This document shows, piece by piece, positions 10,801-25,800 of a stretch of DNA of 64,000 nucleotides. Source of the DNA: Tubiluchus corallicola (lineage: Eukaryota; Animalia; Priapulida). The DNA lies in contig JAQGDQ010000079.1 in the NCBI GenBank assembly GCA_030141605.1, positions 186,001 to 250,000 of the forward strand, given 5' to 3'. The notes under the pieces are model-generated. The model was not told the DNA's origin. It ran no database searches and saw only the letters and a list, made by a program, of their open reading frames with translations. Each line of letters starts with the position of its first letter. The stretch's first letter is position 1. The position numbers were made by a program, and so were the translations under genes.

Positions 10801-13800
10801 ATGAGTAATTAAAAAGTTCGTACCTTCATCCACATGTTCAACATCTTCTACTTGAGTTGTATCAAACCGAGTCCAGTATGTTGTTCGCACAGTCTGTTAC
10901 GAACAAATGTTGATAAATAAACTGTTTCTAAATCTTTCTAGTTAACTAATACATTTTCATATGCAAGAAAAGAATTTAGTACAAACAAGAATTTTAGTTC
11001 ATATAGCACACTGTTTGGAAAACAGACTTCCCTGTTATGTCACTAAATTACGTCATGTATGAATGGCACAATTCACTATAAAAAGACATCATATTGAGAA
11101 ATGATGAACAAATGATTAACAAAATGACTAAACGTAAATAGAATCCTACTTACATATTTTTGAGGCAATGGTTCAGTTAAAAGACTGACCACAACGGAAG
11201 AAACGACTGTTATCACAAACAGCAGCAAAGCAAAATACATGTAATGAAAATTCTTCACGATTGCCGGACGAGGGTCACCATTATGGAACTTATCTATGCA
11301 CTCGGGCTCGACGTAGTAAAAGTCCAGGCCCATACGTATGAAGCCAACTACAAAGCCTGCAACAAGGCCCCAGAAGCAACCCTGAAAATAAAGAAAACTT
11401 ATACGTTCACACAAATAGCTGTTGCAGTTTTTATTCCGGGTCATGTGGAGACTAAAATCGTTTTTTTTTTACTATGAATATGTAGCAATTTCATCTGGTA
11501 ATCAAAACAAATACAAACCATTGCAGCTGAATTACTCGGAAGGATAAGACTACTGCAAATAAAGAAGTGACATTTTTGGACTCAAATGAAAATTTTGCAT
11601 GATATAAACCAGCAGAAACATATTGATGCATCATTCAAGATGACGTTACACACATACATCAATTGAATAAATTTAAAACAAAACCTACAAAAATCAAAAC
11701 TCTTGAAATGATTTCACCTCAAAGAGCATAGAACATCCGTTTTACCAAATAAAGAAATTTAAATTGCAAGCTATTGTAAATTTGTAATGTAATTTAATTT
11801 TTTGTTGCACAATAAATGACCTTATACCTAGTCACATGTTGGAGCAAATATTTTAAACCAAGCAGAATAGATGAAGAAATGACAGCAGAGCAAAAATAAA
11901 TAGAAAAGAAGAGGACATACATAGTGCAGAATTCTTAGATGTATTTTAAGCTTGAACTGTGTAAAAACATATCAGAATTTTATCTTATTACAAGCAAGTG
12001 ACCAAAAAATATTCTCATAATTCTGCTTAAATAGCTTCAGCAATTGAGTTCCATACGTTGGAAACTTTGGCAGATGGGTATTGTTTGCCACTCTGTTCTC
12101 CCAAGTCCCAACACTGGTATCACACAGTTTAGAATTACCATCAAAGCTGTTTTTTAATATTATTATTTGGCACACTGCAAGCCGGAATCCAACATCATTG
12201 GCAGAGCCTAATCAATGATGATATTATGTGAGAAAGTCAGGACTTGGGTCATCATTAAAACCATGCCTCTAAAATGAGACACTGACGTGCCAGAGGTATC
12301 TTAGCCACGTTCGAATGTATAAACACCCTCCTTTAATGAGGTAAATTGGAAACTAAGTATAGAGAATGAAGCCACTAGCACTGTCACGGGTTAACTTCGA
12401 TCATAAATTCACAAAGCACACGTGCGTGGTCAATGTACTATTTACTCCACCTCAAGTTACACTGTTTCCCAGAAAGAAAAACAGGTATCTGAAGTGAAAT
12501 CCTAACTTTATCGAAAATAAGAATCTGCCTCCTCAGCACCTCAGTTGAAGTCAGACTAATGAAAATGCACTTTACTAATGAGAATAGTCCTTGAAGAATC
12601 TAATTGCTTCTAGGATGGACTTGAAAATGTTATTTATTTGCAAAAAATCTGTAAACATGTGTCAGGGAAAATTCACAACTGGTGAACGTTGAAGTGGCAT
12701 TTAACGCTTCTCATCACAACACATCGAGAACAAATTAAGCAGACAGATACAGCACAGCACAATGTGCCACAGTTCACCGCTAGCACCAGTGTTCAAACTT
12801 GCTGCATACATACTGCTTCATTCAGCCGCGGCCAGAAAACAGAAAGAACAAAAGCACAGGAGATGGGCGGAGCCACGTAGTTTCCAATTTTATAGATGTA
12901 CAACGTTAGCCCGCCACCCTGCAGAACTTGCAAAACCGGAAGCCAAGCCACACTTGCTATTACCATGGCAATTACAAACATTCTGAAATTATAGTACAGG
13001 CTACTCATGTGAACTAATCACAATCCGGCTTCTCACAATTTCTAATCACTCGGATTTTGCTAAACCATAACAGGTGTAGTTTATAAATTAAAACAAAACT
13101 GTTATAATAAGAGATCAATATGTAGGAATTTGCCAAACACTTTATCAAATGAAAGTACTTTACTAACATGAAAAACTTAAGTAGAGTAAATTCAAAATAA
13201 TTAGCTTTTGAGTTTGAACAGTAGGGTAGTGTAATTACTTATAAGTTTATTCTAAATTTAAATACGGACATCAAATGCAAACTCTCATTATAAGATTAAT
13301 GATAAAAACTTCAGGAATTAAAAAAAATTCTGGTTACTTACTTTAATTTTCTAATATTTAGCTTTCATTTAATTATGATTAAACAAAAACTTGAAATCAC
13401 TTTTCTCGTTACTCATGATTCCTATTACTTTAACCTTCTAACATTCAACTTTCATTTCATTTATGACTACACAAAATGTTGTCATTGTTGTGACCATTTA
13501 TCATGATTGCAATCATACCAACCCACCAGAGGTGGAAAATCTTACAAATGTCCCAGGGACTAAAAGTTGGCATCCTTGCATGGACCAAGCCCAGAGATTT
13601 TCATAGAAGTATCTAGTATCGAGATTGTTGTGGGGGAGGGGGGTTGCAGCACAGGGTCACAAAGGTCTATGAAGACTTGAAAAGTTCGACTTCTAAAATG
13701 TCAAATTTATTAGAATTTTCACCATTTACACGTATTTGCTTCAGACACAACATCAAACAATAATTCTGCAAAATATCTCACTCATTTAGACAATGCTTAT

Positions 13801-16800
13801 GTCTGATGTTGTTTAACTACTGAAGGAAGTTCTTTTGAATGTCAAAAAGTTGTTAAGCAGTGAAGTTTTTAAGATATTAGCACATGACTTGCACTGGTTG
13901 ATGACTAGGTGGTAAGACCAGGCGCAACGGTAACTATAACAGTGTAATTTGAAGCCAACCACAACTCATTGAGTCAGCAAGGCAATACTCATTATGAAGT
14001 GAATTTTAATACTGGCCATTGGTCAGGCTTGGAAGGTTGACCGGGCTACTACAAAAATCAATATATCTTATCTTTGTAGCAGCGAGTCTATTTATAGAAC
14101 GAGATCATTACTACAATACATGTAGTTCAGTCACATACATTATACCTGAATTTTCTGCCGCTACCAAGTTTTTGAGTATGACGCAATACGTAGGGACAAA
14201 TTGCAGTGTATGCAAGCGCACAGAAAATTATCTCAAGTAATAATTATATTGTAACTTTGACGAGTATTATAATGCGGAACAGTTTTGTCGTATTTACTAA
14301 TAAAGAGAGAAAAAATGGAAACTTTGTTTTTAAAATTTTGAGAAAAAAATTGTGTCCCTCTGCCAGAAGATGTGTTCCGCAGACCACATCCGTCAGTCTG
14401 GTAAGATTTTCCAGCCCCGCGATCCAAACCACTGGTTTTTAGTGTGGTGTTTGAGAAGGGGTAAGATACTGCATTTTCAACTTTAAACAACAGTAGTTTT
14501 GACCACTCAACTTCCACATATAATAGCACATAGAATTCTAGTCAATTTCTTCCAAAATGAAGATGCGTTATAGTATTACTTATTATTACAAATAATGACA
14601 TTTTTGATTTGACTGTCCATGATCATCACCATTTGGACCTAGCATGCTAGTGGCTTGTTAAAAGCCTAACGTATTTGATATTTTGGCCTGAATAGTAAAA
14701 CTTTTCATTAGTATTTACATATAGTAAGCTTAAATTAATTGACAGTATTGTGAAAAAGATAGAAAATTTAGTAAACTGGATTAAATTTCTTTAACTGGCT
14801 ACAGCCAATGTAATTTAGTGCAAACTAAAGTAGCACAAATATACATGTTGTTGGTTTCCACTGTTAAATTAGCACATGCTCAGTGTTTGCAAGTGCATCA
14901 ACAAGCTAATGTTGTATGTTGCCCAGCATAATCCCAGACACTGTCCAGTATAAACCAACACATTTTAAACAAATAATCACACATGTACAAGCAAAAGCAA
15001 ATAAGCACATTTCTCAGGTAAGCAATTGTAAAACTGTAAAACGTGTCATGCAATGTAATCTGTTCGTTGTCTTGAGATGTTGCCAGATTACTGACCTTTT
15101 CATTGAGACGTTTCCACAGCACAGACAATGTGTACATAGCAGCAAGCGGCGGAGACAGATGCGCCGAAACAACCTGAATGTACGTGAACAACTGACCACC
15201 TTGTACAGTTTGCAAGACAGGGACCCACAGTATGCTAATAATCACCATGATGACAACAAATACACTGCAATCCAAAACAAATAGAAAAGCAACACACTTA
15301 AACAATGCAACACAATGTAATACTTATAGTGCTCACAAACTCATCCAACGTTTGCATTATAAAGTGCTAACTGCTCATTTTTATAAGGCAAAAGTATAGC
15401 ATAAGTTAAGAGTATAAGTAAAACATTAACAATTTTCTTAACAATAAATAAACAAGATAAAGATTCTGACTGGGTTATGTATTTTATGTTCTTTAAAGAT
15501 TCACTTCTTCATCTTGAAATACGCGTTGGTTTCGAGACGCAGAAATGCATATGAATTTGTGTTTAAACTCTTATTGAGAGCCTAAGAAACTACAAATAAA
15601 ACAACCAATGATGTCATAAACACAAATTTACAAAAATAAATTGCTGATGTCCGTTCTTTTGTCCAGAATTTTTTATTTTTTTTTAAATTTCCAAGCAAGC
15701 TGGAAAATGGTGAAATTTAGAGATATTTAAGCCAATATATAAATACTTGTTTGCCGACTTACACATTTCTCAGAAAAACAAACCCAGCCAGGTAAATCAA
15801 AACTATAATGTAAATTAACAAAACAATTTATTACACACCTTAACTATAGAGTTAAGTATTAAAAAGAAATGCACAAATTAATAAGAAAACTAAATGTATA
15901 AGTTATAAATTTAAAATAATAGAAAAAGAAACATTGTAAAATACTTTTTGTAACAGTTTATACAGCAATTGGGCTGGTGCGATATCTAAATTTTTTACTG
16001 AATGCGAAAGTGTCATCCATACAATATTTTTCATTTATTTTTTCTAGCCCTTCCAAGCCTACTGATATGGAATCTGCACAACACCACCCACACTTTCTCT
16101 GGCATTTTTAGATAGCCTGGGTACCACAGTATATACAAAATTATACACAGGATCTTTATATAAAACCCAATGGAAGCAAATAGTAAAGCTTGCTTTTAAA
16201 AGACTCATTATTATTCACTATTACTAATGATAATGCAGGAAATAAATAACTAATCACCTGTGTATAAGTTATAGCAGTTTTCAAGCTCCAGAGTGGAGTG
16301 CCATGTTTGATATTATGATATTGATAGACATTTGTTTGAATTTATATTGTTTCCTATACAATTCTTCAGAATTTTTTATGGGTTTTCTTCAAAAATTCCA
16401 TCAAGTCAAATATGCACCTCACCTATTGAACAGTAGTAATTGCATGTAACCCAATAGTTGTAGCAAGTGCATTTCCAAAGTCAAGGTTTCAACTGTTCTA
16501 TGCAAACACTCAAATCAATTACTCAAGTGTATTGTTGGTCCAGAATGCGCTTTTGCAGTAAATAAATTGAATAAGCAATTGTTTGATGACAGGCATGCAA
16601 AATTTAAAAGAAAAATGATTAGCTCACGATGACATTTAAGCAAATACATTTTATTTTATCAGAATTATATTTCCAAATATGTATCATCGAAAAATTTTAA
16701 AAGAAGCCATGCTAGATATGAAAATACGATAGGGCAGACAAGTCGAATTGCACTATCAGTGATCTGTATGGTGATTACAATGATCGCTTAGTGTAGTGTC

Positions 16801-19800
16801 CTCTGTGTGAGTATGTCAATATTATCATGCACTATCAACTCATAACTACGTTAATCAGACATCAAAGTATTTGTGATGACATTACTATTCATTTTGCTGT
16901 CGTTCTTCTAGATTTTAACTTTTCATGAAAGGCATTAGTTCCCCCGGAACATGCGCAGACATACAACCACGTAAGGTAAAAATGAATTCTTTAATCCCAA
17001 AATCGACCAAAGACATCGGGCAATACAACCTTAAGCACATGGGGTCATCTAAGGTATCACAAATGCTGACGAGTATCACATGGCATCGTCCAAATCCTAA
17101 ATCAACGGGTCAACAAAAGCTAGAAAACATTAATTATATTGTATAGATGATACTATAGGCTTTGAAGTTTGGCACGAGACAGCTAAACAACGTTAAATGA
17201 CTCTGATGATCAAAACTTTCAGCTTTTACGTGATACCGAAGCTTTCGGCTTTTTTTTACTTGATTAATGTTGAGCTCAGCAAAATAAGATGATTCAAAAA
17301 TACTTTTTATTTAATTTGCAAAATGCTTTTTGCATATCAAAATTTGAACGTAAAATTTCTGTTACAAAAACAAATACAAGAAAAAATTCTAAACTATCCT
17401 AAAACTCAAAGCATAGCTACTGCAACAATTAAACAAAACAAACATAAGTCCGGCAAAACAAACATCACACACTAGTGATTACCTTCAGGTCGCAACACTT
17501 ACCGTCCAACTATAAGCAATTCTTTAATGGAAGGCTTGTGCCGTATTCGAGGGTAAATATCAATTGTAAATAACGTGCTGCTGCTGTTGAAGATAGATGT
17601 CAAATCACTGATCAGCGCTGCTATCATGCAGGCCACCATCATGCCACGAGCAGCTAAAATTAATAGTAACAGCAGACAATGGGCTAAAAGATTTAGTTTA
17701 AAGTTGTTATTGCATTAGATTGCTATAGCATAAAAAATGTATCATGAATGAATGTATCATAACACTGCATGACTCAAAAGTTTCAAACCAAGTATATCAA
17801 TCGATTTCTGCCACTTATTTAGTATGCGACATCTTTTTCTCTCCTTAAGATCTGTGATAATTTTTAAACTCTGCTGAATTATTTAATAAAGGCAAAATAA
17901 TACTTCAATTAAAATGACTAGAGTACACTAGTGTACAAATGACCAGAAAGACTGCCATGTCTAGGCACATCCGTAGTAAAAAAAAGACCGGCAATAGTAG
18001 CAAACAAAAAAATAGGTTAATGTCAGCATTTTGTCATTCTCATTTTGAGGTGAAAAAATATCTGAATGGTCATGACGCACAACTACGAAGTTAAGCAACC
18101 TAAATGGAAGAGCGAAAGACTAATATCAAGAACTATCTCGCTTAGGAACAGTTTTACCTGCAACACTGCACTGGCTGTTACATATACATCTAAACGTAAC
18201 TAAGATACCTCTGCCATTTCAGTGTTTCACCCACGAAAATTATCATTAGTAATGGGTAGGTTTTGTTCTGCCACAGCCTTCAACAATCGTGTTGGCGATT
18301 ATGACTTGTCCCAGGGTGTCAAAATATTGACTAAACTTTAACTTATGTCTAATGCAAAAGTCAATTAGTATATTTACATCATTTATAAACTTTAATTTAC
18401 GTCAAAAGTATTTTCACTCTACTCTTATGTATAGCAGACGAAGACATCTTACCACTCGGCATTAGATTCAGAACCAGGAGTGGATAAGCTAAATTTGAGC
18501 ACCCGATTCGACTCCCGCAGGCAGCTTCACAGACATCTGGGTCAGCACATGCAATGATGTCTGAAAATAGAAATAGTCAACAACAACAACAAGTCAATAA
18601 GTAAATGGTGGAATAGAATGACTCAGCAAGCAGCTGAATAATCCCAACATCTGTATCACTGAGGATTATGTTGCTCAGAAACAGGGCACCATAATGTTTT
18701 ATACAGTGAAAGAAATAAACATCCCACAAGATTCATTTTGTACTGTTTTAATTTAACCAATGAAACATCGCGTATGCGCAGTGAGATTTTTTATCTGTGA
18801 ATATCTGATCTTTCATTAATTCCACAAACTATGAAAACCATAATCACACAAAAAAATTGTCTGTTATTTAGCTTGTTCATTGAAAAAAGCTTTAGACAAC
18901 ATCTATGCATTCATCCATTGCATCAGCTGTCAGCACAACTATCTATAAACCATGTGTTAGGAATAGATATTAATAGTATCAAAGAAAGTGCATTGAAATG
19001 TATATAAAACCTTATAAAGTCCAACGGCAGTAACAGATTCAGAAATGCAAAAATTCATTTAGCTTAACAAACTGGTGTTCTAAGAATTCCAGTAATTAGT
19101 GTTCCATTCAGTTACTAATAACTAAATGACCCTCAGTTGTAAATGATCAGGTTTTCAGAGCAGCAAGTCAGTGATGACATAAAGTTACACATGCTACACA
19201 AATTTCCATGTAAATATCATGGAAAGACAACACACATTGATGTATTTTTTCTTTGCCAGCACTAGTAGACAATACAATTGTGCAAGTCCCATCAGAATAT
19301 TGCTAATTTTGCAGCAGTTTCATTATTTGCATGAAACAAACAGCTACAGTGTTTAGCACAAAATGTACTCAATCAAATAATCAACTGTTTTTTTATAAGT
19401 TGGAGAAATAATGACAGTTGTTTGGTTTGTTTATCATTACTATTGGCAGCTACGAATCCACATATACAGACGACTTACTCGGGTGTAGAACTCGGCTAAT
19501 CATTCCTGGCATAACGATCATAAACATGGGCAAGATTTTAAGATATCCAGCCAACAATGTACCACCTTGTGCATGTGACAAACTTTTTGCTGCCATTGCT
19601 CGCTGTACCATCATCTAAAGAAAGACAGACAGAGCTTGATTTGCAAAAGTAAAACAAACAATACATCATTAATTATTTATTTGAAGGAGACAGAATTGGT
19701 AGATTTTAGTATCATTATTACTTGGAAGAACTATAGCCAGCATTCCAAGCAATAATGACACTAGAATCTAATCGATTAATCATTGTTTAAGCTAATAAGC

Positions 19801-22800
19801 AATGAAAATGTAAAAGTGACACCTAAAGCATGCAAACATTTATAATATATTTGGTTTAATGGAACTCAAGGTTTATGTCAAGGAAAATCAGAGGTATATC
19901 AGAGTATTCAAAGCTTATAAATAGGCAACGCTTACAGTAAAGCAAATGCTGCTACCTAAATTTGATACTTCCACCAACAACTGCCAGTTTTATCGTGCTC
20001 ATTGGTGAAGAAGAGTCCCGTGTCTGTATGACACAGCTACTGTACGATACTAGAACACAATGACTTTAACAGCTGCAAAGATGGTGGAAATTAGTGAGTG
20101 AGTACAACACGGAAAGATCAATGTTATTTTGGTGTATAGAAAATGACTTTATTCATTATTTACTGAGCTAATATTGCTAATATCTAATTCATTTACATTT
20201 ATTTCAGTATATTTTTATATGTTCCAACCAAGTCGTAGACACCCTCAAAACCCATTTGAATTTAATGAATTTTCGATTAAAAAGTATAAAGTGAAAGTAG
20301 AAATAAAGCATTAACCTGCAAAGAACAGTAAGAACCTTTGCAGGTGTAGTTTAAATGTGACATTTTGAAGAATGGCCAAACTTGGCATTGTACTCAAACC
20401 AGTATCACCATTCCCAGAAACAAAATAGTGAATCGGAAAATTAGGTCTTTGGTTAAATACATAGTACAATTTTGTTTGTCTAGTGCATATAACTGCTTAT
20501 TTCAAGATAAATGGTTATATCTTTACACCTAATCTGAATTAGAAACTGAATTTAATGATTGAAGCTGAAAGCTAAACTTAAAGGTAAGACATTTAAATTT
20601 TTGGCAAGAAAAGCTTCTTAAGCAATCAGCAAAGCTTTTCAACATTTTTGATAGCAAAGTCCTTTTTCGTATTTCCAGGAAAAGTGATACCAAATGCTTG
20701 AATGCAGCCAAACTGTTGATGGTCACAGTAAATACCATGAAAAGCTGAAATGCCCACCTGGTCAGTACACCAGTACCAAAGTGATGCTACAGACTGGCCA
20801 AAGATAAAACCAGCCCAGGGTATGTCAGAGTGCCGTGGCTCACGTAACATCTGCCATGCATCTGCACGAGGGATTCCACATGTAGTACCGTATGTAGAAC
20901 CATTGCTGTACAAGGTAGTATCAGGAATGGCATGCTGATACTGTTCCATCAGTCCAACAAGACCCCCAACTCTTACAAATCCTGAAACATGAAATAAAGA
21001 TAAATATTATAAAATGAATAAATAAACAAACAAATAAACAAAAGGTAATCAAATGAGGGCACTAAAATAAACTAATGAAAAAATAAATGAATAATGAAAG
21101 CAAAAACTTGTGAAGCACGAATAAATGAATAAGCAAGTAAATGAATTAAACAATTAAAATTAACAAATGTACAAACAAATGCATGAATGAGTGAAAGGAT
21201 GAACGAATGGAAGAATGAATACACTAAATAACTTACCTACTATCATTAAGGATATTCCTCCAATTATCATGATAGCACATTGTAAGGTATCTGTATAAAT
21301 TACAGCTGCAAGACCTCCTGTTAATTCATACACAAAAATGATTCAGTTATCGTAAATATAACGGATACAAACAGCATATTTTTGTTGTTTAATCTTATTT
21401 TAGAAAATTTATCATAGCTTTTAATACACACTTTCAATTAAAATATATGAGAGTAAGATCTATTTAAAATGGAAAAATTACTGTAAAACTATCTTAGTCA
21501 CACAATATCAGAAATTACTACAAAACAGAGAAAGTATTACGTTACTATTAAGTACACAGGGTAGCGCTTAGTACTGAAACTTGCAAAAAATTGAAACAGA
21601 ATTTTGAATTTGAACTTGACAGCAATTCAGTACTTTCAATAATCTGAAGAGTAATTTCAAAGTAAAAAATAAGGTAGCAATTAAAGAGGATCAAAACTAC
21701 TAGAATAATTTTACATACAGGTATACCACAAAAAAAGGGAATAATATTTAAATATTGTAACACTGGCACACTGTTCAAATCTTGAAACTTGTTTTCATTA
21801 CTACTTCCTGGTAAAGAATGAACAAATTCAAAGCATCAAAGACAGAATGATTAATTGAATAGAGGTTCGTGGAGGTCACATATTTTTATAAATTTGCAAA
21901 CGTAATGCATTACTTAAAATATTTATTCTACTGCTTATATTCAACATATAAAACATGAAAACAGGATTGTCATAATTGAACAGCATACAAGCACGTACCA
22001 ATATTGATCGTTAACAATATGATGCCTTTGTAAGGTTTTAACCTTCACCATGGGTATTGGTGCAAAACTGAAGGGTACTAAGATCTGGAATTAACTTGCT
22101 TTTTTAGGCAAGATGCTCAAGGCTAGCAAATAACAATTACTGTACTTGCCTTTGGAGACCCAGTTTGGTTAAATTAATTAAAGCAATATATAAGATAAAC
22201 TGATAACTGCTAAAAACTGAATGTTAATGATAAAAAGCTTAATAAAATAATATCTACAGCTAAAGTGTAAACAATAAAACGAAGAAACAAACATTATTTT
22301 TTTAATTTTCACAAGTTTAAAAAAAATTATTTGATCAGTCTTGCAGTTAAACTAATTAAAATTATATTATTCTTTCTCACAAAAGAAATACTATCTTATT
22401 CTGTTCTTGTGCATAGGTGAATTCTTGTCTAAATATTGGCATCAGACTCTGCATCCATTAGAGCATCCTTAAGAATAGGATTTAACACATGGCAACAGCG
22501 TCGGTTAGAATTACAAAAACCAAGTATTTTTGGCATTTGGGTGTTTCAGCTTTTTTCCAAGAAGTCAGATGGTATGCGTTATGCACATGCATTTACATTC
22601 TTGTGTAAGTATAAATACCAGCAGTTAATGTCATAACATTTAATTAGGATCTGCAAAGATTAACAGTATGAGTTGAGTAACTCAAACCCCATTACAGTTT
22701 TTACAGAAAAGGATTAAACAGAAAATGATATTAAATGTTTGTGTCTAAAGAGAATAAATGCTAAGTTGGCATGCAGGTCACCAAAGTCTAAACGACAATT

Positions 22801-25800
22801 TAGCTAACGAAAACTAAAAAAATAGGCTTGGAAAGTGAAATCAACAATTTACTACACATATATAAGAAAAGAAAAAATCAGTATTTCAAGATAATTAATT
22901 ATAGTAATATTCATACATTTTAAAGGTGAAAAACTGGAAAGTATCTACTTTTCAAGTAGAAAAACTAGTAAAATTTATACAGTTTAAGTTGATAAATTAG
23001 AAAAGAATACATATTTTTAAAGCCTGATTTTTACTGATGTACTCTTGCCTTTAAATGACGTGAGTCTAATGAGCTAAAGCTCCACATGGATTTTGAGAAA
23101 TGTTATACTATGATAATGAAATGACTGAGGCCATCTCCAAAAAAAACCTGCCAAAAGTTGTAAAATTTAAATTAACTAGAGCAAAATGTGATGAAAAATA
23201 GCAATTAAGCAATATTTCTGTAACATATCAGTGCACAGTTATTAAAATCATATAAGCAATACAATGCTCGATGAATGCTTCCATAACAGTCATGTAAAAT
23301 AAGTTTTGTGAGGAAAATGCTTTAAATTTTGTTTTCATTTACACAACTGCACAAATTACTTGCAATGAACAGCACTTGGTATAATAATACTTGAAAACTA
23401 CTAATACAAATCATGGAAAAATTAACAATGGATGGTTGCACTTTTTCAGTTTGGCAAGTTTTTCTTCGGAGAAAGCCACAAATAGCTTCTCACACTTACA
23501 TACCAGTAACAGTTACCAAGCCCGTTAGAAAAAGTAGCAAAATTATAGCCCAGTAAATATTCCATCCTAAAGCTTGTTGTATAAACAGGCCACCTGAATA
23601 TAAGTTCACCTGTAATGTAATATTTTAAAAAATTTCGTGAATTTTTGTGCAGTTAAAGGAAGATCTGATGATTGTTGAGACTCAATCTCATTTTAATTTA
23701 CTGTCCAAAATATACATTTTCTTGCCTATAAAAGTTAACAATTGTTCCTTATATTTGAATAATTAGCTTAGAAAGTTAATTAACGGCAACCGAACACAGC
23801 TATTGCTTACATCAGAAATTAACCACAGTTTTGCAATGGCAGGTGTCTTCCCTTGTGCATCAAGCACATTTGCATAACTGCTACAGTACTGTTTAAACGC
23901 GTGATGTCACGAAAAATGGGCTCGACATCATATGACGTCAGAAACTAACACTGCAGTTCATGATCATGCTTATCATGGTACCGCCTTCTATTTGTCGGCC
24001 GCACGAATGTGACAAAAAGGCGCCGCTGCCAATGTTAGTAGATTCACTGAAATGCGCGTAGCTTTGAAAGTTTAACGAAATGTGAGTATCCGAGGTAATT
24101 ATTATTTAAGCTTTGATTTAAAAAAGCTATTGTAGTTTTCAACATTTTAGAGCACTCTTTATTCTGAACTAATGTTTACATAATCATCTGGTTTTCCTTT
24201 AAGGAAAGCAAAAATAGTAGTTACATAAATGTGCGTGAAAATAATCAGCTTCAATAGATTTGACTGAAATTATTGTATGTTTTCTATGTGTACATCTCCA
24301 ACGATCTTATGTTTAAAAGACTGCCTGAACGTATTGCAAAAATGTTACGAAAGAATTTTTGGTTCAATTAGATATTTTTAATGAAAGTTTAAACTTTCTA
24401 AACTTAGTTTCTTCCCAAACACATTTTATATAAACATTTTGTTGCAATTATCCTAATCATAGTAATGCCTGGAAAATTGCACACAATTATTAAGAAAGAG
24501 TTAAATATCTCTATGTAGTGTATGAACTGATTTATGTTCACAGAAAATTTTGGATTATTTCATAGGCAAGTATCTAGATAAACAGCCACTTAAAAATTAC
24601 TTACAGAAATCTTAGTGAGAATGTATAGCAGAACAGAAAGGCAAGCAAGGTACACACGTAACCTATGTCCACCGAATCTTTTGTGAATATATTCAGGTAG
24701 CGTGCTGGCCTACAATAAATGTAAACACATTTGTATGACATTTAATATAATTTCAGTAATAACTAGATAAACGATTTTGTAATTCCTTGTAAAAGCACCT
24801 GCCAAGGTTTTTAAATTGAAAATTATGTAACACATCACGTGCAAAATTGCTAGAACCTGCATTTCCAAACATGGCAAGACATGTTGAAATAACTGAATGG
24901 TGATAAAATACTATTAAATATTTAACAGGGTTTCCTTTTTGAAAAAAAGGACTGAAATGAGAGAAATTTATCTCAATAGAGAAGTCTCAATCCACTATTC
25001 AGGGTCTGGAGTTTACTCTCAGATTTTTTTTAAAAAATATGATTATAAAATATGAAAAAAAATATGGACAAAAATGTATGAGACAATACTTACTCCGCAA
25101 GCAATGTAGACTGGTAGAAAGACCCAACCAAGAATCTGAACAATCACCAAAGCCTGAAAACTTTCAGAAAATTAATATAGCACATCCAATTTTGCAATGC
25201 TAAGGCACCAGGCTAATAAAAACAAATAATTTATGGAAAATTCTACAGTAAATAACATGAAGACTTCAGAGGAACAAAAAAGTGCAAGCCTAAATTTTAA
25301 AATGATAGCACAAATAGCTAAAAAAGAACAAACACAAAATACCACTAATACGTCATTAGCAGCAAAATTAGAAAAAAATTAGGCTAAATGTTTGCAGTGT
25401 TTGAACACAACAATTTATTTATAGATTTAATTGGAAAGCAGAAAATAAACAATTGGTACTAAATACATTTAGTTCAAAAGCAGCAACTCCTATGCCTCCG
25501 GCTGCACCAGATCCAGCTAAACCAACAAAATGCTCACTTCCAATGTTACTAGCAAAAATTGATGCACCAACCTGAAATGCAAAATTCCTTAAAGCTAAAT
25601 TCAAAATTACAATATAAGCATGAACTCATAAAATATAATTTGGCAAAAGTGCAAGACCAGTTAAAAAAAACTTTAACTTTTACATTATTTTGCTTCTGTG
25701 TAGTTACAAATTCAATGCAAACTAACTATGTGTGTATACATTCCAGTTTTTATAAGTTTTTTATGTAAATGTCGGATGTGAAAGAAGTTTATTTTTGAAT

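Noticed and set aside
11390-17500. Docking-site/selector base-pairing around SLC5 exons 12A/12B
   Set aside because: Only 6-8 nt complementarities were found by eye, which are expected by chance; needs comparative folding.
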